Positions 1-7,703 of a stretch of 64,000 nucleotides of DNA are shown here, one piece after another; position 1 is the first letter of the stretch, and the number at the start of each line of letters is the position of its first letter. Below the pieces are notes generated by a model. It saw only the letters and a program-made list of their open reading frames with translations. It did no database searches and was not told the DNA's origin. Location: assembly GCA_938083505.1 (NCBI GenBank), contig CALKCF010000001.1, forward strand, positions 1 through 64,000, read 5' to 3'. The translations under genes were made by a program, and so were the position numbers. Origin of the DNA: an uncultured archaeon. Lineage in GTDB: Archaea; Thermoproteota; Nitrososphaeria_A; Caldarchaeales; Wolframiiraptoraceae.

Positions 1-10
1 CTACGAGATT

Positions 11-106
11 GGGCCCGTAGCTCAGCCAGGACAGAGCACCGGTGAGACTGAGGTCTCGGTGAGGCTTTTAACCCGGGGGTCGTGGGTTCGAATCCCGCCG
101 GGCCCG
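11..106 (+). tRNA. tRNA-Lys(UUU) with a 21-nt intron at non-canonical position 30/31 (intron 43-63)
   Basis: Acceptor GGGCCCG/CGGGCCC and T-loop TTCGAAT. Removing TGAGACTGAGGTCTCGGTGAG gives the anticodon arm CCGGG-CTTTTAA-CCCGG. The junctions form a bulge-helix-bulge (CACC/GGTG helix, GGT and AGG bulges). CCA is not encoded. Confidence 0.95.
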
Positions 107-192
107 TAAAATAACTTTACGATAAGAAATTATTTTTATAAAGACCTAAAAGACCTACAAAAAGGCTTTACAGGCGAAGGTGGACTGTAATT

Positions 193-1061
193 TTGGTTTC
201 CATATTCAGACCTAAACTTATCTTGGCAACGATTACCATTGCAGCAATAATTATCTCGGCTCTCTTTAACGCTGTTTTATATCAGAGGATTATATCCCCG
301 GCAACTACTGCTACATTATCAACAAACCCATCGGTGCTAAACGTTGATGACATACGTGATGAAAAGGGTAACAAAGGATTTTGGGGAGATAGCTATAATA
401 GATGTGGATAAACCAGATTTGTTGAAATTTAAGTTGATTGATTGGAGCGCAGAAGGCTTACGATCTCTCATTGAGCGCTAGGGTAGATCTAGTATCTAAG
501 GATGCAAGGTACAGCATCGATATGCCGTGCGTTCTTTACTTTAATACCTCATGCCCCAGAGTTACGGTCATCATATACGGGTATGATGCACCATTAAGAA
601 TAGAGCCTGGGAGATATTCTCTAGGATTGAAGATTTATTGGACTGAGGCTGAAGGTTCAGGAAAAGTGAGATTATCCATTTCTACGAGAGCATACAATGC
701 ATCCATCATACATCTTGGACATACGGCTCCTCAGGATACAACCAATTGGATTACGGCAGAGGGATCTACGAGGTCTTATACTTTACTGCTCAATAAGGTA
801 GAAACTTCAACCAAGGATTCAGGCTACGGGGAATTTATGGCGTATGCATGCATCTTTGCACCACCTCAAGAAGGGGACAAGATCTTTAAATTTGAGATAA
901 CGTCACTTGATACAGGAAAGATAGAATACCACTTAGAGATGCCCGTGGAGAAGAAGAATGCTACTTACTCCGCGACGCTGCTGATTAAAGCGGTTCCAGT
1001 AAAGTATCGACTCAACATCATCCAACCTGTCGAACTTTCTTTAGACCTTATAGTTAAATGA
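193..1061 (+). pseudogene. Membrane-anchored/secreted beta-rich hypothetical protein, apparently broken by two frameshifts
   Basis: ORF 193-411 has an N-terminal hydrophobic helix and ORF 438-1061 is beta-rich. The third frame, 377-478 (DFGEIAIIDVDKPDLLKFKLIDWSAEGLRSL), bridges them. Confidence 0.55.
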
Positions 1062-1143
1062 TTTCAAAGTTCTTGAAATATCCCGTAGACATACGAAATA
1101 TTTAATAACCTTATGTTTTTTACATCTCTTTCCGAAGAACCTC

Positions 1144-1734
1144 ATGTCATTCTTAAGAAAGTTAGCTGAAAAGGTTACACCACCAAAAGTTAACTTGAAA
1201 ATGAACCTTAGCGATTCTGTCTTTTTTCTTGGTGATAGCATTAAGGGAGAATTGCTAGTGTCTTCCGAGGAAGATTTTGACTCCGAGGAGGTCAGGTGCG
1301 AGGTACAGTGTGTTGAGGCCGCAAAGGTTCAGAAAAGAATCTATAGCCCATCCTTAAAGAGGGAGATTATCACAGAGGTTTGGGAGTCCGCAACACTCTA
1401 TTTTGCCAAACCAAGCCTCAGCGGTCCCATACATATTTCAAAGGGTTTTTCAGGTAAGTTTCCCTTCAACATCCCAATCCCAATAACAATGAAGCCTACC
1501 TCAAAGAGCGTGGACAGGAGGGTTACATGGACGGTCAAGGGCGTATTGGCAGTCAAGGGCAGGCCGGACGCCGTTAGCCCTACATTAGAAGTCCAAGTCG
1601 CCCAGCCGCAAGCTGCTCCGGTTGTGAAGGAGGTGGTCCGTGAAGTAGTAATGGTCCCATGTAAATATTGTGGAACACTCTTCCCGGTTACAGAGACTGT
1701 GTGTCCTAACTGTGGCGCTAAGAGGACGGCTTAA
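1144..1734 (+). CDS. Arrestin/SpoOM-like beta-sandwich protein with C-terminal zinc ribbon
   Basis: Arrestin-N-like pattern (FFLGDSIKGELLV...FPFNIPIP...PT...VTWTVKGVLAVKGRPD) and C-terminal CKYC...CPNCG. Confidence 0.65.
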   Translation: MSFLRKLAEKVTPPKVNLKMNLSDSVFFLGDSIKGELLVSSEEDFDSEEVRCEVQCVEAAKVQKRIYSPSLKREIITEVWESATLYFAKPSLSGPIHISKGFSGKFPFNIPIPITMKPTSKSVDRRVTWTVKGVLAVKGRPDAVSPTLEVQVAQPQAAPVVKEVVREVVMVPCKYCGTLFPVTETVCPNCGAKRTA

Positions 1735-1741
1735 GAATTTA

Positions 1742-2770
1742 TTAAACCAATTTTTCTCCACAGTTTGGGCAGAATTTCATTCCAGACTGAACCTCGCTTC
1801 CACATTTCGGACATTTATTGAATGCTTGAAGCGGGCCTCCACAATTCATACAGAACTTTGCTCCTGCAGGATTAACAGTACCACACTTCGGGCAGGACTG
1901 TCCAGCAACCTGCAGAGGCGTCCCGCAATTACCACAGAATTTTGCTACTTGTGGGTTCTGAAAGCCGCATTTAGGACAAGACACCATTGGTTGTGCCTGA
2001 ACAGTTGGCTGCTGAAACAATGGCGGGATTATGGCTATACCGGCTCCAACAGCTGCCCCCGGACTTTTTGATAGACTCTCAGCGGCTTTTTGGATAGTTT
2101 CCATTCTTAGGACTTCCGGTGCCACTACACCAGTTCTCAGGTAAAAAAGCCTGTCTCTCCATTCTACTGTTGTATCTATTCCCTCAAATTTTACATCAAT
2201 GAGCTCTAGCCCTATTCTCTTAAACGCATCATAGATGGCATTCTTAGCTAAGAAACTAGTTTCGTCGAGCTTACCATATACTTCAACGAGCGAATATTGG
2301 CTCAACGTATCAATCAACCTCTCGTTGAAGTATCCCCTTAAGAATTCTTGCAGCCTCTCGGTCGTATAGGCTCCCTGACCGCCCACGACCTCATTTACGA
2401 ATAGGTTTGCATCCTCAACTCTAAACCAGAAGCTGCCATAGAACTTGAGCGGAGCCAACTCTTTTGTTTGGCCTTGGGCACCAAACCTTCCCTGAAATTG
2501 TTTAAGCGAGACAAACATTATTGTTGCCCTAAATGGGACTTTATCGAAGCCAGATATGACTGACAACACCTTTGTGAGCAATGGTAAGTTTACCGTTGTT
2601 AAAACATGCCGCCCAGCCCTAAACACATCATATGCTTTACCGTCCCTAAAGAAAACGGCGGCCTCATATTCGTTAACTACAAGGACATCTCCCCACACAA
2701 TCTCTTCATTTGGATATCTCCAGACAATGTCGCCTTCCTTTGCACCAACCCATTCGATGACCTTCGGCAT
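1742..2770 (-). CDS. SPFH/band-7 domain protein (YdjI-like) with C-terminal zinc ribbons
   Basis: IVWRYP...LVVNEYEAAVFFRDGKAYDVF.AGRH.L.T.NLP is typical of the YdjI/COG4260 type. Three CxxC...CxxC ribbons at the C-terminus. Confidence 0.85.
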   Translation of the reverse strand: MPKVIEWVGAKEGDIVWRYPNEEIVWGDVLVVNEYEAAVFFRDGKAYDVFRAGRHVLTTVNLPLLTKVLSVISGFDKVPFRATIMFVSLKQFQGRFGAQGQTKELAPLKFYGSFWFRVEDANLFVNEVVGGQGAYTTERLQEFLRGYFNERLIDTLSQYSLVEVYGKLDETSFLAKNAIYDAFKRIGLELIDVKFEGIDTTVEWRDRLFYLRTGVVAPEVLRMETIQKAAESLSKSPGAAVGAGIAIIPPLFQQPTVQAQPMVSCPKCGFQNPQVAKFCGNCGTPLQVAGQSCPKCGTVNPAGAKFCMNCGGPLQAFNKCPKCGSEVQSGMKFCPNCGEKLV

Positions 2771-3289
2771 TTAGCCCACCAGTCCTCTGAGAATCTCGAC
2801 CCTCTTATCAATCAGTGTATCCAGTTCTCCAGTCTTTGATATCAGCTCGTCTATAAGCCTCCTCCACTCTTTTTTTCCTGGCTCCGTTTTAGCCAAGTAT
2901 TCTGCATCCACTTTTAATGCTTCAGCTTTTTCTATCAAGCTCAAATCGTGTTGGATGAGTGCGTCAAGCTTATCTTCCTTGACCTTAACTGCGTCGAATA
3001 TTCCCGCGTATCCGGTAACGGCCCTCTCTATGCGCTGTGTCACCCTATCAAGGGTTGAGAGAAGCGTGTCAAACTTCCAAGCATCCTCGCTAGAAATTTT
3101 CTGTGCTATGATGGGGTTTGCCAAACTCTTCCTTACGACATCCTTTGTCATTTTGAGCCTATTGACAATCTCCATCCTGACGAGCCTATCACTTTCTCTG
3201 CGCAGCTCCTTCTCCTTATACCCACGATATCCCGGAATATAGCTTAAGATTTTCTCAAACAGACTCATTTCCTTACGAACTTTCTCCAA
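2771..3289 (-). CDS. Conserved helical hypothetical protein (IPGYRGY..KE.RR..D motif)
   Basis: All-alpha/coiled-coil-like ORF abutting the SPFH gene. Confidence 0.7.
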   Translation of the reverse strand: MEKVRKEMSLFEKILSYIPGYRGYKEKELRRESDRLVRMEIVNRLKMTKDVVRKSLANPIIAQKISSEDAWKFDTLLSTLDRVTQRIERAVTGYAGIFDAVKVKEDKLDALIQHDLSLIEKAEALKVDAEYLAKTEPGKKEWRRLIDELISKTGELDTLIDKRVEILRGLVG

Positions 3290-3623
3290 CCTTCCCCCTC
3301 CTCAAATATGCAACTAGACCTATAATTGCAAGGCCTATTACCAATATACCAAGCATGATGAACGGATTTATAACCTTGTAAGAGGTTAATGTTAGCCCAA
3401 TGGTGAGCATAATCAACCCCCATGATGTATAGTAGATCATGTGCTTTCGTTTTGCGATGGCGTAAACGACCGTGTAAGTACCAAGAGGTGTAAGAATCCA
3501 TGCAATTAAATTCAGAAGATCAAAAACCAGGAATCCGGCACCGTAGATTATACTTACAACACCAACAGAAATGAAAGTTGTTGCAAGTGCGCCAACTTCA
3601 TAAACAACCTTTTCTGTTTTCAT
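3273..3623 (-). CDS. Small 4-TM membrane protein
   Basis: Four hydrophobic segments; overlaps the next gene, indicating an operon. Confidence 0.75.
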   Translation of the reverse strand: MKTEKVVYEVGALATTFISVGVVSIIYGAGFLVFDLLNLIAWILTPLGTYTVVYAIAKRKHMIYYTSWGLIMLTIGLTLTSYKVINPFIMLGILVIGLAIIGLVAYLRRGKVGESS

Positions 3624-3859
3624 CTATTAATTCACGAAGCCTTAAACCTTTTTGGCGATATTTTGGATATAAATTTTTCTGAAAATTCAAGATTACCCTT
3701 TCATACCGAATGATCAGAATGTTTTGTATATGCACTACAACCCTTAAAATCCGGCAAGTAGTGGTTAAACCAGAAAACCTGTAGCACTTTTGCGCACCCC
3801 CCTCCATACCTTAAGAAAAACTCTTATCTAAAACCTTTGTAAATTTTATTTGATAAATC

Positions 3860-4324
3860 TTGACGTCCTATAAAAGCGAGAGTGAGCACATTCCAATTAC
3901 GCTTAAGATAAAGAGGAAAGGGTTTGAAGTAATAGTCCAAGGTGACATACCAACAATAACTAGGCAGATTGATGCTTTGTCTGAGTTCATAGAATCACTT
4001 GAGGAAAAGTTACACGTGGAGGCCGAAAAGGTTGAAGTGGAAAAACCACCCTCGCTCCAAGAACTGTCATTAGTCTCTACCTTTGATGTACCAACAATAA
4101 AGCCCTCAAAGAGTACAACAGAAAATATAGTTAGCCTATTCCAGACACCTTGGGGAAGACAACCGCGCACCCTTGCAGAAGTTATTAAGGCTCTTGAGAC
4201 CAATGCTGTGCCAGATACTCCGGATAAAGTATCGGTATACTTAGCTAGACTTGTAAAGAAAGGTTTCCTTAGAAGGATAGAAAAGGATGGTAAATGGGCA
4301 TATTTTCATGTTGCCGAGTCCTGA
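3860..4324 (+). CDS. Hypothetical protein with C-terminal winged helix-turn-helix
   Basis: PRTLAEVIKAL...VSVYLARLVKKGFLRRIEKDGKWAY is a wHTH signature. Confidence 0.65.
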   Translation: MTSYKSESEHIPITLKIKRKGFEVIVQGDIPTITRQIDALSEFIESLEEKLHVEAEKVEVEKPPSLQELSLVSTFDVPTIKPSKSTTENIVSLFQTPWGRQPRTLAEVIKALETNAVPDTPDKVSVYLARLVKKGFLRRIEKDGKWAYFHVAES

Positions 4325-4392
4325 TAGAGCCTTTACGTTTTCACCTACTAACTTAAAAATAGTTATAATATGCAACAACACAATTTGTTATT

Positions 4393-4650
4393 ATGAGCAG
4401 TACCGCGAGAGTCGTAATATTTCTTCTTGCTATAGCTTTTGGACTTGCTAGCCTCTTTACCGGTCTGGTCCTGTATTTCTGGCCTCATGGTCCTAGGTCA
4501 GGCCAACTGATAATTGTAGGGTTTAACAAGGCTGGCTGGTCTGACCTTCATGTATATTCCTCGATGTTAGCACTGCTCGTGGTATCGGTTCACTTAATTA
4601 TGAATTGGAAGTCGATAAAGCTTTATATAAAGTGCCTCAAAGAGATGTAA
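4393..4650 (+). CDS. DUF4405-like small membrane protein
   Basis: Two TM helices with TGL.L...W.DLH.......VSVHL..NW His pattern. Confidence 0.7.
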   Translation: MSSTARVVIFLLAIAFGLASLFTGLVLYFWPHGPRSGQLIIVGFNKAGWSDLHVYSSMLALLVVSVHLIMNWKSIKLYIKCLKEM

Positions 4651-4669
4651 AACTCGATAAGGTAATGAT

Positions 4670-5011
4670 CTATAGCCCTAATTGTTTAGCCAAGTCGTAA
4701 ATTATCGGTGGGCTCCAATAAACTCTGTTAATCGACTTTAATATGCCGAGTATCCAAAATACTAGGAGGAGTGCGCCAAATATCACACTAACAACCAATC
4801 CGAGAAGGTGCATGAACGGTATGAGCGATATGAGATAAGCTACAATGCTAGCGAGCATCGCGACTATGAAGAAAGATACGGAAAGGTACGCCCAATGCCT
4901 CGCATACCTGTAGTCCGGCTTGAGCAATAAAACCAGCACACCACCAATGAGGGGAATTAACCATGCAATGAATGCCCAAAGTTTTTCTTCGTCTCCAGAT
5001 ATCATACTCAT
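4670..5011 (-). CDS. DUF4870-like membrane protein
   Basis: EEKLWAFIAW...YARHWA...LIPF...WILGILKS...YWSPPIIY pattern, 3 TM helices. Confidence 0.7.
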   Translation of the reverse strand: MSMISGDEEKLWAFIAWLIPLIGGVLVLLLKPDYRYARHWAYLSVSFFIVAMLASIVAYLISLIPFMHLLGLVVSVIFGALLLVFWILGILKSINRVYWSPPIIYDLAKQLGL

Positions 5012-5094
5012 GAAGCTTTTTCTATACAGAGCTTACTTAAGGTTTTTGGTTCTTATGGATGGGTTTAATACTTTGACCTTTTTGTATAAAGTTT

Positions 5095-5976
5095 ATGCTC
5101 GGAGAGATGCTGACACTTGCTGCTGCTTTATGCTGGGCCACTGGCGCCAACCTTTACAAGGTTGGCCTAAGGAGTATGGATCCGATTAAACTAAACTTTA
5201 TCAGAAGCTGTGCCGCAGCAATATTTCTTCTAATATTTATGTTCGTCTTAGATAAAAATAAGTACTTTCTTTTGCTATACACACCATCAGCCGTTTATCT
5301 TATCGCGGCCTCCTTTGTAGGCTGGGCATTTGGTGATACGCTTTACCTCGTTAGCCTGAAACATGTGGGCGTATCCCGTGCAGTACCGTTAACCTACTCC
5401 TATCCACTTTTCTTGGTTCCCATGAGCATGCTTGTGCTTCAAGAGCCGTTTACTATGAACATCGCCGCAGGTACAGCTTTGATGGTGCTGGCGGTGTGGC
5501 TATTGAGTGAACGAAAAAGATTACAACCCGAAGGTTCAGCTAAGCTTGGTTTCATTGCCGGGATTTTGACCGCCATCTGTTGGGCCTCGGGCGTGACGCT
5601 ACTCAAGCTAATAATGGAGACATTCGACCCAATATTCACAGCGTTTTTCAAGATCTTAGTCGTCTTACCGTTTCTTGCAACATATCTCAAAATTTTTGGT
5701 CATTGGAATCCATCTTCTGCGGTTCCGCCAAAAAGATCAGAGCTCGTTGCGGTAATACTGGGCGGACTAATATCCGTAGGGCTAGGTGACATGATTTACT
5801 TCGTAGGGTTAAGCCTAACGCAGGCAAACACCGCAGTACCCATCGGGTCCTCTACTCCCATATTCTCCGTAATGCTGGCTACAATCTTCCTGAAGGAGCG
5901 GTTGACAAAAAGATCCATAATTAGCTCGATATTGGTTGCAGCAGGAGCAACGCTCCTCTTAAGCCCAATCCATTAA
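5095..5976 (+). CDS. EamA/DMT-family transporter
   Basis: About 10 TM helices in two repeats (GDTLY..SLKHVGVSRAVPL...YPLF; LATIFLKE). Confidence 0.9.
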   Translation: MLGEMLTLAAALCWATGANLYKVGLRSMDPIKLNFIRSCAAAIFLLIFMFVLDKNKYFLLLYTPSAVYLIAASFVGWAFGDTLYLVSLKHVGVSRAVPLTYSYPLFLVPMSMLVLQEPFTMNIAAGTALMVLAVWLLSERKRLQPEGSAKLGFIAGILTAICWASGVTLLKLIMETFDPIFTAFFKILVVLPFLATYLKIFGHWNPSSAVPPKRSELVAVILGGLISVGLGDMIYFVGLSLTQANTAVPIGSSTPIFSVMLATIFLKERLTKRSIISSILVAAGATLLLSPIH

Positions 5977-6031
5977 ACGAATCCATAGCGTGATAAAGGC
6001 TTAATTATTAGGGTGTAGAGAATCCATTTAA

Positions 6032-6515
6032 ATGAAAATAGGGAAAAAAGGCGTTAGTTATATTGTTACAGTGGCCATTATGACGAGTATAACTATAACC
6101 ATAGGATTATTCATCTGGGGGATTGTTGGAGGTTGGGCAGGAACTTCGGCAATAGATATATTAAAGGAAACAAATAAGGGAATAGCGCAACAAAGAAGTT
6201 TTTTTATAGTAGAGTTTGTTGACAGGGAAAGGGGAATCGTTTGGATATCAAATCCAGGAAAAGTTGATCTTGTTGTATTGTCGTGCACAATTTATTCGAA
6301 GACCTCTGCTCCGCCCCCCAAAAACCTATCAAGCATTAGTCGAGGTAAAAGCATCAATGGATGAATACTATCCTTTGAGGATAGGGTCAGAATGCCAGCT
6401 CGTCGGCTCAGGCCCGTATGTCCTCGAAATAACTGCCATTGCATCGACACTCTACAATGACAAAAACCCCGTAGAGAACATCCAATGGGCGATAGTGGTG
6501 AGGCAGGATGTATAG
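6032..6515 (+). pseudogene. Archaeal type IV pilin-like gene split by a frameshift at C6A5 (6314-6324)
   Basis: Class III signal peptide KKG/VSYIV followed by a hydrophobic helix. The reading continues in the +1 frame as PPKTYQALVEV... to TAG 6515, which overlaps the next ATG at 6508. Confidence 0.75.
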
Positions 6516-7695
6516 GAAGCATAATAGTAGACGCGGCATATCGGCCATAGTAAGTGGAATAATCATCCTAGCAATATTCTTCGCAACGGTAATACCTCTG
6601 GTGGTGCTCATGCAAAATTCATACACAATATTCCTGCAGGAATCAAATTCGCGCAGAATCTTCGACACTGATAGAGCGTCAGAATCATTAATTGTCGAAG
6701 TATCCCAGAACAATATAACGAAGGAATTACTATTGGTATTATTAAACAGTGGACCAGTATACATAAAACCTGTCAGAGTGTGGGCTATTGATGTAACTAG
6801 GCAAAAGTCCATAACGGGAAGTACACCATGTTTAGAAGAAGGTCTCGAAGGTCTAACTCCAGGTAGAAATGCAACACTTAGTGTCCAACAATGTGTTAAC
6901 GGATTTACGGGTATTGTAGAATTTCTTGTTGTAAGTGAGAAGGGAAGGTTATTCGCCTCAAGTAGAGTAAACCTAACGGGCGGGCGTTTAGTTGATATAA
7001 TATTCCCTTATACATTGAGTGTCAGCATATTAAACATGAAGAGAGGTTCAACGTATACAGTTCGCGTGGACGTCATCGGTAACGAGGGGAATATATCACC
7101 TAGTACATTCACCCATAAAGCGACGGCGTCGAATGAAAACGTCACTGTGGCCTTCGGTGCGACGGCTGGTAAGTATAGGATATCATTATATGAAAACAAC
7201 ATCCTTGCAAAAGTTAAAGAAAACCCGATAACGATAACAATTCCAGATACTACAACGATAATCTTCGACTTGGAAAGGGTAGCATATCAACCAATACCTT
7301 TGGATATAATCTTCGATGCTCCAAGGAAAGTTTTTGCCGTTCAGGCGGAGGAGGAATCTTTTACCGCAAGCATATGGGTCCAGCTTCCAAAAAATGCACT
7401 CGAACCGGTCGATATTAACGAGGTGGACACGAGTAAAATAGGAGTTATTGGTGATACTAGAATTGTCCAAGAGCTCATATGTATGCACTATACAGGTTTT
7501 ACGCTACGGCCTGGAGAAAGAGCCATGGTAGCAACGTGCACAGTTGTAATAAAACATGCTGTTACTGGCAAATACTCTTTAAATATCGTTGCTTACGAGG
7601 GGACTACAATAGGAGAGGGTTTCTATTCCTCTTTAACTTACATAAACAGTGAAACCATAAGCTCGGCAATTGACGTCTTTATACGGAAAAAGTGA
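6508..7695 (+). CDS. Large pilin-like/adhesin protein with class III signal peptide
   Basis: RRG/ISAIVSGIIILAIFF prepilin motif and a beta-rich body. Confidence 0.8.
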   Translation: MYRKHNSRRGISAIVSGIIILAIFFATVIPLVVLMQNSYTIFLQESNSRRIFDTDRASESLIVEVSQNNITKELLLVLLNSGPVYIKPVRVWAIDVTRQKSITGSTPCLEEGLEGLTPGRNATLSVQQCVNGFTGIVEFLVVSEKGRLFASSRVNLTGGRLVDIIFPYTLSVSILNMKRGSTYTVRVDVIGNEGNISPSTFTHKATASNENVTVAFGATAGKYRISLYENNILAKVKENPITITIPDTTTIIFDLERVAYQPIPLDIIFDAPRKVFAVQAEEESFTASIWVQLPKNALEPVDINEVDTSKIGVIGDTRIVQELICMHYTGFTLRPGERAMVATCTVVIKHAVTGKYSLNIVAYEGTTIGEGFYSSLTYINSETISSAIDVFIRKK

Positions 7696-7703
7696 ACTGC
7701 TTT

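Noticed and set aside
3598-3807. 69-aa minus-strand ORF, and a 28-codon GTG ORF in another frame, upstream of the SPFH operon
   Set aside because: No recognisable motif; they overlap the probable divergent promoter region and cannot be supported.
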